Virus record (IMG/VR): IMGVR_UViG_3300036790_000425
Location: 98,436 to 162,435 of that record
From: a virus
Length of the DNA stretch: 64,000 nt
Reading direction: 5' to 3' (one strand)
Position 1 is the stretch's first letter. Each line of letters opens with the position of its first letter. The translations under genes were made by a program, and so were the position numbers. Positions 29,614 to 37,454 of this stretch are shown one piece after another. The notes below the pieces were generated by a model. The model worked only from the letters and a program-made list of their open reading frames with translations, made no database searches and was not told the DNA's origin.

Positions 29614-30513
29614 CTAATACCACCTTGCCCACATCCGGGGGCGGGCGGCAACCGAGCCCGCCACACGGGTGGGGGCGTACCGGCCGTAGGTGCCGCCGGA
29701 GACCAGGACCCGGGGGCTGCCCGTCATGATGTGGCGGATCTTGAACACGTCCAGCATCGACTTCAGCTCGGCCTGCTCGTCCTGGAGGACCTGGCGCCAC
29801 CGGTCGGTGTAGTCGCGGCGGTCCTGGCGGGCGATGCCGGGTCCCTGGAAGGCCGGCTGCTCGGTGTAGGCCCGGATCAGCTGCTTGACGCCCTCGACAT
29901 AGGTGTAGCTGGCCAGCAGGCCGCCCCAGAACTCGACCGGGTAGAGCGACCCGCCCGCGCCGTCCAGGGTGTAGCTGGACCACGGCTGGGCCGCCGCGTT
30001 GATCTTGCCCAGGGCGATGGCCATCAGCTGGGCGACCCGGCCGCGCGACCAGTGCGCCTGGAAGTAGCTCTGGAGGTTGGGGCCGCCGCCCGCCGAGTCG
30101 AACAGGTCAGCGAACCGGACCCACACCTGGTCGTTCAGGAAGTCCTGCATGGGCAGCGACAGCGCGTCGTAGTGCGGGTTGGCCGGGCCGATCACCAGGT
30201 AGGCCGCGTACTGCTGCGGCTGGGAGCTGATCTCGTAGCTCCAGTCCAGCTCAGCCTGGCAGGGCTGCCGGGTGTCGGCGCTGGACGGGGTCACCTGGTA
30301 GGTCCCGGCACTCAGCCGCTCGGCCGCGTAGGACTGGATCACCGCGGTGGTGCCGTCCGGGTTCTGGGCCAGCAGCCGGGCCGCCACTGACTGGCCGTCC
30401 GGGTCAGCCAGCTGCCCGCCGATGTAGACCGTGAAGCCGAGCGGCGGCTGGCTGAACTGGCTGATGTACTGCCGCTCGCGCCAGTCCACCAGGTCCGCAT
30501 CGACGATGGTCAT
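29614..30513 (-). CDS. Head-to-tail adaptor protein
   Basis: 299 aa; position and helical C-terminus ('DRRDYTDRWRQVL') consistent with Bxz1-type adaptors. Confidence 0.65.
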   Translation of the reverse strand: MTIVDADLVDWRERQYISQFSQPPLGFTVYIGGQLADPDGQSVAARLLAQNPDGTTAVIQSYAAERLSAGTYQVTPSSADTRQPCQAELDWSYEISSQPQQYAAYLVIGPANPHYDALSLPMQDFLNDQVWVRFADLFDSAGGGPNLQSYFQAHWSRGRVAQLMAIALGKINAAAQPWSSYTLDGAGGSLYPVEFWGGLLASYTYVEGVKQLIRAYTEQPAFQGPGIARQDRRDYTDRWRQVLQDEQAELKSMLDVFKIRHIMTGSPRVLVSGGTYGRYAPTRVAGSVAARPRMWARWY

Positions 30514-30522
30514 GCAGCCTCC

Positions 30523-31182
30523 CTACAGAACATTGCCCGAGCTGTAGGTCGATACCAGCGCGATCGCCTTGGCGCCCTTCACCTGGATGGCCGTGGAGTA
30601 GTCGCTGGTGACGTTGATCCGCAGGCCGATCTTGTGCTGGCCGGCCGCGACGTTCGGCACCACGGCGATCGAGGTGGCATTCTCCCCGGCCGTGTGAGCC
30701 GCGTCCGAGGCGTTGCCGGAGAACCGGATCTGCTCGGCGTAGCCGCCGATCAGCTGCTCCACGCCGTCGAAGACGATCGACTGGTAGGCGTCCTGGCTCT
30801 GCTTGTTGGGGTACTGGTAGGTAGCACTCAGGATGACCGTCAGCGCGCACGGCCGGGGCGTGGTGAAGGTCAGGATATTGAAGTTGGGCTGCGCGCCCGG
30901 ATTCACCGCCGTGTTGACGAAGTTCCCGCCTGCGAAGACCGGCACCGAGTCCCGCAGGTCGGCCCAGGCCGTCCCGGTCCAGTAGCTCAGCTGCTTCAGG
31001 TCCGTCATGAAGATCATGCGGCCCTTCTGCGCCGTGCCCCAGTTCGGCCGGGACGTGCTGGTGCAGATGAAGGTGCCGGGACTGGCGTCCAGGATCTCGA
31101 AATTCGAGACGAAGTCACTCAGCTGGAACGGGTCCGACGGGTCGTTCAGCTTGAGATTCTGGACGGACGAGAACGTCGCCAA
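30523..31182 (-). CDS. Virion structural protein
   Basis: TTG start at 31182 after GGAGG; beta-rich, in the head operon. Confidence 0.6.
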   Translation of the reverse strand: MATFSSVQNLKLNDPSDPFQLSDFVSNFEILDASPGTFICTSTSRPNWGTAQKGRMIFMTDLKQLSYWTGTAWADLRDSVPVFAGGNFVNTAVNPGAQPNFNILTFTTPRPCALTVILSATYQYPNKQSQDAYQSIVFDGVEQLIGGYAEQIRFSGNASDAAHTAGENATSIAVVPNVAAGQHKIGLRINVTSDYSTAIQVKGAKAIALVSTYSSGNVL

Positions 31183-31186
31183 GAGG

Positions 31187-33493
31187 TCAGCCTCCCAGTC
31201 CCGTGCCGGCCTTGACCGTGCCGTCCGGGAGGTAGATCGGGTTGATCGAGTTGGCGGGGTCAAGCGATCCGGTGCCAGACCCGGTCGAGCCCTCATGACC
31301 CGGCTGCGGCGCGTTATAGTTCAGCGGCACCGCGTAGGAGCTGTAGGCCGAGAAGGGACCCAGGCCGGCCTTGTTCCCGGCCGCGGCCCGGAACCGGTAG
31401 CCCTGGCTGTAGGGAGTCGTGCCGTCCGGCTTGTAGATCACCGGGGTGTTCGGGGTCAGGCCCTGAGTGAACACCGCGGTGACCGAGGACGGGTCGGCGC
31501 CGTACCAGTACTCGACGATGATGGTGTCCCCGGCCTTGACGTTCTGCGAGGTGCCCGCGATCGCGATCTGGTACTGGGTCCAGGGACCGGTGCCCACCTG
31601 GGTCACGGTGTAGTCGTAGCCCAGCTCCAGGACCGTGCCGTCCGGCTGCATCGGGTCGTTCTCGGTGCCGCTGATGTTCCGGACGATGACCTGGCCGGGC
31701 GGGGTCACCACGCCGGCCCTGGTGGTCACCGGCAGCGAGGTGTTGGCCGCGGGGGCCTGCGGTCCGGTGCTGGACGGCGGGGCGGTGATGATCAGGGACG
31801 TGCCGACCGGGGTCGGGTGCCCGGCCGCCTGCTGGCGGGTCAGGGTGGAGCCGCCGACCTGGCTGACGTAGGCGTACCAGCCGGTGGCGCCCACGGCGGC
31901 GGCCGGGCTCGGCACCGTGATGGTGGAAGCCGCGCCGGTCGTGGTGACGGAGCCCTGGGAGCTGGCCACGGTCTCGCCGCTGCCGTTGACGTAGGTCCTG
32001 GTCACCTTGTAGACGCCCGCCGCCACGGTGCCGCCCGAGGTAGCCGTGGTCGGCGTCGGCGCTGACGGCGCTGCCAGGGCCGTGGCCAGCGCCCTGAAGG
32101 TGTCAGCCTGGTAGGCCGGCTCGCCCGCTGACGCGCCGCCGGAGGGCGCCGGCTGGCCGTCCAGGACCGGCTGGCCCGAGGCCGGCACGTACAGGGTGCC
32201 CCGGTCCTCGGCCTCCAGCAGGTAGTAGTCCACCGGGATGATGCCCGACGGCACGTCCCAGGTGCAGGACACGCCCCGGTTGACGGCCGTCACTGCCGGG
32301 GTGCCCGGCGCCGCCGGGACCGATGCCGGGATGTTCGAGCCGTAGTAGGTCGCATCGCCGTAGCTGTAGGCCACCGAGATGTCATCGCCGGCCGTGAAGG
32401 CGCCGCCCTCAGCCGGGGTGATGAAGGCCGTGGTCTCCTCGCCGTTCCCGGCGGTGGTCAGCGAGTAGTCGGTGTCCAGCACCATCGCGGCCGGGACGGT
32501 GGTGTCGGTCACCACGATGGTGGACGGGACCAGGCCCTTCTGGCTCAGGTACAGCGGCACGTCCGCGGCAGCCGCGCTGAAGGCGTCGGCCTGGCTGCCC
32601 AGGGCAGTCGGCGCGGCCGGGGCGCCGGAGTACTCGGTGTCAATGTTGCCTGCCGCGTAGGAAGTGTCCACCGGCAGCGGGTTGGCGTTCACCTGGTTGC
32701 CCAGGATGTCGGTCAGCGTGGTGTCCTTGGTGCTGCCCGCCACGCCCGAGGACGGCGCCCGGTACCCGTTCAGGGAGCTGTAGCTGGCCGGCTGGAGGTT
32801 CTCGCCGCCGCCCGTGGTGGTGTCCAGGGTTCCGGACAGGCCGGTGCTCACCGGGGTGAAGTCTTCCGGGGTGCCGCCGCCGTAGACGCCCTCAGTGTCC
32901 GGCGAGCCGAGCGGGGAGCCGAAGGTACCCGGGGAGGTCCCGGTGACCGCGTACTCGGAGCCGGGGGCGCCGGTCTCGGAGCTGGACTGGCTGCCCGCCG
33001 CGGGGTCGGTCAGCGACCCGTACCCGGCCGCTGAGCCCAGGCCGCCCGCGGACGCGCCCTCGGTGTCGGCGTTGGCGGCCTGGCCCTGGGTCCCGGCCGG
33101 GGCCGCGCCGGGCTCGCCCTGGAACTCCCCGAAGTTCCGGGCCTGGTCCTGCTGCATGCCGTACCGGTAGGTGACCCGCGCGGAGTCGCTGTCGGACGAC
33201 GCGGACGAGGAGTTCACCCGGGTTACCGAGTAGGTCAGCGACTCCGGCCCGGCGCCCGAGGGCGTCAGCACGTAGTCGGTGCCCTGGACCAGCGCGGTGG
33301 AGGTGGTCACGTCGAAGACGGTGATCACGTCGGCCGTCGGCGCGTTCCCGGCGGTCTCCTTCGCGGGCACTGAGACGATGCCTGCCTTGCTGAGCGCGGC
33401 CGGGGCGGTGTGGCTCAGCGTGATGGTGTCTACCTGCTCGACGACGCCCTGGGCCGGGACGCCGTAGAAGTCGGGAACGCTGCTGGCGGTCAT
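31187..33493 (-). CDS. FN3/Ig-like virion decoration protein
   Basis: 768 aa Gly/Ser/Thr-rich; 'PAAPGTP...YRFRAAAGNKAGLGPFS' FN3 signature; repeated 'L..G.DY' motif. Confidence 0.7.
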   Translation of the reverse strand: MTASSVPDFYGVPAQGVVEQVDTITLSHTAPAALSKAGIVSVPAKETAGNAPTADVITVFDVTTSTALVQGTDYVLTPSGAGPESLTYSVTRVNSSSASSDSDSARVTYRYGMQQDQARNFGEFQGEPGAAPAGTQGQAANADTEGASAGGLGSAAGYGSLTDPAAGSQSSSETGAPGSEYAVTGTSPGTFGSPLGSPDTEGVYGGGTPEDFTPVSTGLSGTLDTTTGGGENLQPASYSSLNGYRAPSSGVAGSTKDTTLTDILGNQVNANPLPVDTSYAAGNIDTEYSGAPAAPTALGSQADAFSAAAADVPLYLSQKGLVPSTIVVTDTTVPAAMVLDTDYSLTTAGNGEETTAFITPAEGGAFTAGDDISVAYSYGDATYYGSNIPASVPAAPGTPAVTAVNRGVSCTWDVPSGIIPVDYYLLEAEDRGTLYVPASGQPVLDGQPAPSGGASAGEPAYQADTFRALATALAAPSAPTPTTATSGGTVAAGVYKVTRTYVNGSGETVASSQGSVTTTGAASTITVPSPAAAVGATGWYAYVSQVGGSTLTRQQAAGHPTPVGTSLIITAPPSSTGPQAPAANTSLPVTTRAGVVTPPGQVIVRNISGTENDPMQPDGTVLELGYDYTVTQVGTGPWTQYQIAIAGTSQNVKAGDTIIVEYWYGADPSSVTAVFTQGLTPNTPVIYKPDGTTPYSQGYRFRAAAGNKAGLGPFSAYSSYAVPLNYNAPQPGHEGSTGSGTGSLDPANSINPIYLPDGTVKAGTGLGG

Positions 33494-33909
33494 CCTGCAC
33501 TCCGGTCTGTGTCGTCTTCCACGGTCGTCATCGGGCCCAGGCTGGCAGCCTGGTTAGACCAGGGCTGGCTGTGGTCCCGGGTGCGCACCGCCCCGGTCTG
33601 CGCATCCACTTCCATGCCCTGGGCCTCCAGGCGCTCGCGCGCCCGCCGGGCCGCCGCCGTGACCCGCTCCTTATCGCCGTCCGGGTCACCCCGGTTGACG
33701 GTCAGGCCGGGCGAGGTCTGCACCACGTTGGGCGAGACAGCCTCGTCATCGGGGTCCATCGCCCGCAGCGCCCACGCGAGATCCCCGGCCGCGGCCACGT
33801 CGAACGCCTCGGTGACGCCCCGCAGTTCGGTGTGAGCGGCCTGCGGGCCGGCGGTGTCCGAGGTGTCGTAGGTGCCGGTCATGGCGGAGGTATCGCGCGG
33901 GCGCTGCAC
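33490..33909 (-). CDS. Hypothetical virion protein
   Basis: 139 aa, coupled to the next gene. Confidence 0.55.
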   Translation of the reverse strand: MQRPRDTSAMTGTYDTSDTAGPQAAHTELRGVTEAFDVAAAGDLAWALRAMDPDDEAVSPNVVQTSPGLTVNRGDPDGDKERVTAAARRARERLEAQGMEVDAQTGAVRTRDHSQPWSNQAASLGPMTTVEDDTDRSAG

Positions 33910-33913
33910 CGGC

Positions 33914-34432
33914 CTAGTCCTCCAGCGTCCAGGGTCCGCTGCCGCGCCGCACGCAGCGCTCAGCCAGGCCGGCGTGCCGCGCGCACAGCGGGGGTCCGTT
34001 GTCCTTCTCCCTTGCCCGGACCGGGATCTGCTCGCCGCAGGGCGCCTCCGGGCGGGTGCCCGGGCCGATGCAGGTGACCACGATCATGTCGTTGTCGGAG
34101 GCCTCGTCGATGCTCTCCCGGACGGTCAGCTCCTCAGCCGCCATCCGGTCGCGGAAGTTACTGGTCTGCCTGGCTAGCGCGGACTGCACGAGCGGGTCTT
34201 CCTCGCCCTCGATCACCTTCAGGACGCCCTGCCGCAGCGAGCGGGCGAAGGCCGGCGCGGCCAGCATCTCGCGCGGGATGGGCTGCACGTCGTCACCGCT
34301 GCGGTCGCCCCGGCCGGCGAAGGTGACCGCGTAGGTCTCCTTCGGGTCCGAGGCGATCACCGTCGGCCCGGACATCATGTTCTGGCACATCACGGGCGCC
34401 TGAACGCCGTAGCTGGCGAGGTCGGCAGTCAT
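33914..34432 (-). CDS. Hypothetical head-associated protein with C-terminal Cys cluster
   Basis: 172 aa, AGGAGG RBS. Confidence 0.65.
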   Translation of the reverse strand: MTADLASYGVQAPVMCQNMMSGPTVIASDPKETYAVTFAGRGDRSGDDVQPIPREMLAAPAFARSLRQGVLKVIEGEEDPLVQSALARQTSNFRDRMAAEELTVRESIDEASDNDMIVVTCIGPGTRPEAPCGEQIPVRAREKDNGPPLCARHAGLAERCVRRGSGPWTLED

Positions 34433-34469
34433 GGGTCCTCCTGATCCTTCTGGGCTCCGGGGATAGGTA

Positions 34470-34799
34470 CTAGCCGAGGATGAGGTAGGCGACCACCGAG
34501 GCGTCCGAGGACGAGCTGGAGGAGATCGTGAAGCCGCTCCCCGGGCTCTGCGACGGCACCGACAGATGGCCGGCCGTACCGGAGAGTGCCATGCGGCTCA
34601 CCAGGATGACGGAATCAGCCGTGACCGCCCCGGCCGATACGTTCACCGTGCCGGCAGTCAGGGTCACGGTACCCCAGGACATCGCCGGCAGGCCGCCCAG
34701 CTGCTCATCGTGAGCGGTCAGGGCGTCGGAGATCTGGCCGTGAGCCAGGATGTGCCCGGGCTGCCCGGCAGCAGGATCGTCAGGCGGGATTGTCGTCAT
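34470..34799 (-). CDS. Small structural protein (gp53/H-type lectin-like C-terminus)
   Basis: 'GTVTLTAGTVNV...GSGFTISSSSSSDASVVAYLI' fibre-tip-like motif. Confidence 0.6.
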   Translation of the reverse strand: MTTIPPDDPAAGQPGHILAHGQISDALTAHDEQLGGLPAMSWGTVTLTAGTVNVSAGAVTADSVILVSRMALSGTAGHLSVPSQSPGSGFTISSSSSSDASVVAYLILG

Positions 34800-34860
34800 G
34801 CGCACCTCCCTCACTTCTTCCGTGGCGGGAGGCCGGCTCGATAGCGGTGAACACGCATGC

Positions 34861-34935
34861 TGGAGGCCCCTCCGGGAGTTGAACCCGGCTGCGCGGTTTT
34901 GCGGACCGCTACCTTGGCCGCTCGGTCAAGGGACC
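34861..34935 (-). tRNA. tRNA-Cys(GCA), C33
   Basis: Cloverleaf; anticodon loop CCGCAAA; CCA encoded. Confidence 0.85.
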
Positions 34936-34936
34936 C

Positions 34937-35012
34937 TGGTGAGCCTGGACGGACTCGAACCGCCGACCTTCTCCTTAGGAGGGAGTAGCTCTGTCCGCTG
35001 AGCTACAGGCTC
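34937..35012 (-). tRNA. tRNA-Arg(CCT)
   Basis: Loop CTCCTAA; CCA encoded. Confidence 0.9.
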
Positions 35013-35018
35013 ACGGTG

Positions 35019-35092
35019 CACCTCCGGTCCGACTCGAACGGACGACCTCTTGGTTCGGAACCAAGTGCGCTATCCACCTGCGCTACGGAGGC
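35019..35092 (-). tRNA. tRNA-Arg(CCG)
   Basis: CTTGG-TTCCGAA-CCAAG. Confidence 0.9.
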
Positions 35093-35170
35093 TAGACGGC
35101 AAATGCCGCGTATTTCTCATCTAGGACTACCTGGCATACAGCGCCCAAAATGCTACATGCTACCTCCAGA

Positions 35171-35207
35171 CCGGAGGCGGTCGCTCTATCCGCTGAGCTA
35201 CGGGTGC
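35171..35207 (-). pseudogene. 5' half of a tRNA-Arg(CCG), truncated just after the anticodon
   Basis: GCACCCG TA GCTC AGCGGATA GAGC G ACCGC CT CCG G, then unrelated lower-GC sequence. Confidence 0.75.
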
Positions 35208-35218
35208 TTGATGGTGCG

Positions 35219-35300
35219 TGGCGGAACCAGGTGCCGACCCTGGCCTGTCCGAAGACGACGGTTTTACAGACCGCTGAGCGCGCCGGCGCTCACTTCCGCC
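35219..35300 (-). tRNA. tRNA-Tyr(GTA), atypical T-loop
   Basis: Loop CTGTAAA, long variable arm, T-loop GTCGGCA. Confidence 0.8.
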
Positions 35301-35376
35301 TGGGGAGGATGACGGGACTCGAACCCGCTCCTACTGGGTCCACAACCCAGCCCTTCGACGCTTCGGGCTCATCCTC
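35301..35376 (-). tRNA. tRNA-His(GTG)
   Basis: CTGGG-TTGTGGA-CCCAG; C73; no encoded G-1. Confidence 0.85.
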
Positions 35377-35378
35377 AG

Positions 35379-35450
35379 TAGCCGCTGGAGGTACCGATCC
35401 TCCGGCCCCCGCCGTGTGAAAGCGGTGCTCTGCCATTGAGCTAAGCGGCC
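35379..35450 (-). tRNA. tRNA-Val(CAC)
   Basis: Loop TTCACAC; T-loop ATCGGTA. Confidence 0.8.
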
Positions 35451-35517
35451 ATGCTGGCGAGTGGGGATTCGAACCACCGGGGGCCGTCGCCCTTCCGCTC
35501 CGTGCTCTCGCCAGTCG

Positions 35518-35589
35518 TGCGCCCGAGAGGACTCGAACCTCCATCGCCAGCTCCGCAAGCTGGTGTCCTGTCCGTTGAACGACAGGCGC
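35518..35589 (-). tRNA. tRNA-Arg(GCG)
   Basis: CCAGC-TTGCGGA-GCTGG; intact cloverleaf. Confidence 0.85.
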
Positions 35590-35590
35590 G

Positions 35591-35662
35591 TGGTCGCTCC
35601 AGGTGCTGACCCTGGGGCCTCCGCCGTGTCAGGACGGCGCTCTCCCGCTGAGCTAAGCGACC
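35591..35662 (-). tRNA. tRNA-Val(GAC)
   Basis: Loop CTGACAC; T-loop GTCAGCA. Confidence 0.8.
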
Positions 35663-35765
35663 CTGCCCGGAGTCTTCCGCATCCCCGCCCGGTCACCCGG
35701 GCTCTCCGAATCAGCCGGGGCGCCGCGGACGCCCGGTGACTGCCACCCTGTGATGGGGGGACTCG

Positions 35766-35840
35766 CGGTCCAGACGGGATTCGAACCCGCGGTCTCCAGC
35801 TTGACGGGCTGGCGGGGACGGCCGGCTCCCCTACAGGACC
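35766..35840 (-). tRNA. tRNA-Asp(GTC), C33
   Basis: CCAGC-CCGTCAA-GCTGG. Confidence 0.85.
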
Positions 35841-35899
35841 TTGGTGACCCTTGCGGGCCGGTGTTACCTTGAAAACTCACTAACGGGAAGGACCGGGCA

Positions 35900-36013
35900 A
35901 TGCGCGACAAGCTTCGCATGACTCTCTACGCCCTGGCCGGAGGCGGCGGCTTCTTCGCCATCGGCGGCATCTTCTACCACACGGTCAAGCCGCTGATCTT
36001 CTATCACACCTGA
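35900..36013 (+). CDS. 37-aa hydrophobic peptide with duplicated IFYHT motif
   Basis: MRDKLRMTLYALAGGGGFFAIGGIFYHTVKPLIFYHT*; GGAAGGA RBS; GC3-rich codons. Confidence 0.65.
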   Translation: MRDKLRMTLYALAGGGGFFAIGGIFYHTVKPLIFYHT

Positions 36014-36065
36014 TCTGTGCTCCCGAGGGCGCAGGCCAGTGCTGACCGAGGCCTGCTGGCCTGTG

Positions 36066-36139
36066 CTCCCGAGGAGGGACTCGAACCCCCAACCATCGCC
36101 TTAACAGGGCGCCGCTGCTGCCAATTGAGCTACCCGGGA
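36066..36139 (-). tRNA. tRNA-Asn(GTT)
   Basis: Loop CTGTTAA. Confidence 0.85.
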
Positions 36140-36178
36140 CCGGGGGCCGGCCACCTGCCAGGCGGCCGGCCTCTTGCG

Positions 36179-36252
36179 TAGCGGGGGCGGGATTCGAACC
36201 CGCGGTCTCCGGATTATGAGCCCGGCGTGCTTCCTAGCTGCACTACCCCGCA
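36179..36252 (-). tRNA. tRNA-fMet(CAT), initiator-like
   Basis: Loop CTCATAA; 1:72 mismatch; GGG in the anticodon stem. Confidence 0.8.
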
Positions 36253-36253
36253 G

Positions 36254-36326
36254 TAGCCCCAGCCGGTGCTGACCCGGCGCCTCCGGATTGAAAGTCCGGC
36301 CACCTGACCGTTAGTGAGATGGGGCC
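36254..36326 (-). tRNA. tRNA-Glu(TTC)
   Basis: Loop CTTTCAA; T-loop GTCAGCA. Confidence 0.75.
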
Positions 36327-36331
36327 TTGCG

Positions 36332-36403
36332 TAGCCTCACGGAGAGTTGAACTCCGCCCTGCTGACTGAGAACCAGCTGTCCTTGCCGCTAGACGATGAG
36401 GCC
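36332..36403 (-). tRNA. tRNA-Glu(CTC)
   Basis: Loop TTCTCAG. Confidence 0.88.
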
Positions 36404-36485
36404 ATGAGCCCGGCTTGACCGACCAGGCAGAGACCCTGCTGCATGCCGCAGGGTCACGGGGCCCGTCTGAAGTGGGCCGGTCTCG

Positions 36486-36558
36486 CGCGCCATCAGGGTC
36501 TCGAACCCCGGGCCTGCTGCTTAGAAGGCAGCCGCTCTATCCGCTGAGCTAATGGCGC
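36486..36558 (-). tRNA. tRNA-Arg(TCT)
   Basis: GCTGC-CTTCTAA-GCAGC. Confidence 0.9.
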
Positions 36559-36562
36559 AGAG

Positions 36563-36637
36563 TGCCCCCGCCAGGATTTGAACCCGGGACCCTCGCATTA
36601 AAAGTGCGCAACTCTGACCAGGCTGAGTTACAGAGGC
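36563..36637 (-). tRNA. tRNA-Lys(TTT)
   Basis: Loop CTTTTAA. Confidence 0.88.
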
Positions 36638-36638
36638 G

Positions 36639-36713
36639 TGGCGGGGGTGGGACTTGAACCCACGTCCTGCTGCTTATGAGGCAGCCGCTTGTACTCAGCT
36701 CAGCTACCCCGCC
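36639..36713 (-). tRNA. tRNA-Met(CAT), elongator
   Basis: GCTGC-CTCATAA-GCAGC; paired G1-C72. Confidence 0.85.
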
Positions 36714-36783
36714 GGGGAGGCATCGCGGCCCGGTACAGCCGTGTCCCCGGGTGTGACCTGGCTAGGCTGCTCCGCGATGCCAG

Positions 36784-36857
36784 TGGGCCGAGGAGGACTT
36801 GAACCTCCGACCGTTTCCTTATCAGGGAACCGCACCAACCTGCTGTGCTACCGGCCC
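36784..36857 (-). tRNA. tRNA-Ile(GAT)
   Basis: Loop CTGATAA. Confidence 0.88.
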
Positions 36858-36893
36858 GTGGTTGAACTGATGCGCCCGGGGAAGCTGGGGCGC

Positions 36894-37055
36894 ATGGTTA
36901 TCATCATTGCCCTTCTTGCCTTCGCGATCGCCGCGCTGATCGCGTTCACCTCGCTGAACGGGATCTCGGTCATCGGCCTCGGCATGGTCGGGCTGTTCTT
37001 CCTCACGCTGCACTTCGTCGTGCCGGAGCGCTATGGCGTGCCCTGGAGGCGGTGA
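36894..37055 (+). CDS. Small two-TM membrane protein antisense to the tRNA operon
   Basis: MVIIIALLAFAIAALIAF...FFLTLHFVVPERYGVPWRR. Confidence 0.65.
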   Translation: MVIIIALLAFAIAALIAFTSLNGISVIGLGMVGLFFLTLHFVVPERYGVPWRR

Positions 37056-37061
37056 CCTGAG

Positions 37062-37148
37062 AGGCGGGAGTGGGATTCGAACCCACGAGACCGTGAGGCC
37101 TGGCTGTTTTCGAGACAGCTGCACTAATCCGGACTATGCGACCCCGCC
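37062..37148 (-). tRNA. tRNA-Ser(CGA)
   Basis: Loop CTCGAAA; long variable arm. Confidence 0.9.
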
Positions 37149-37162
37149 GGAGTTGGATCTTG

Positions 37163-37251
37163 CGGAGGAACCGGGATTCGAACCCGGGAGGGGATCTCTC
37201 CCCTACTGCCTTAGCAGGACAGCGCCATCAGCCAGACTCGGCCATCCCTCC
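37163..37251 (-). tRNA. tRNA-Ser(GCT)
   Basis: Loop CTGCTAA; long variable arm. Confidence 0.9.
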
Positions 37252-37336
37252 AGGTGGCGCCGCGGATTGCCGTCTCCCGCGCCTCTGCACCCGCGTGTCC
37301 TCCTAACGGACTTGGATTCGTATCCAGTGCAGCTTG

Positions 37337-37420
37337 TGTCCCAGGAGGGAGTCGAACCCTCACGCCCTCTCGGGCGCCGCGCTCTGAACGCGGTGCGTCT
37401 ACCTGTTTCACCACCGGGAC
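37337..37420 (-). tRNA. tRNA-Leu(CAG)
   Basis: CCGCG-TTCAGAG-CGCGG; long variable arm. Confidence 0.9.
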
Positions 37421-37454
37421 AGGTCCCGGCCTGAGCAGGCAGGCCGGGGTCTTG

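Noticed and set aside
1101-33835. Many long + strand ORFs opposite structural genes (e.g. 3642-5114, 11009-12685, 16046-17695, 29353-30390)
   Set aside because: Shadow ORFs of high-GC coding DNA: Arg/Gly/Pro-rich, no motifs, and the - strand genes form a coherent operon.
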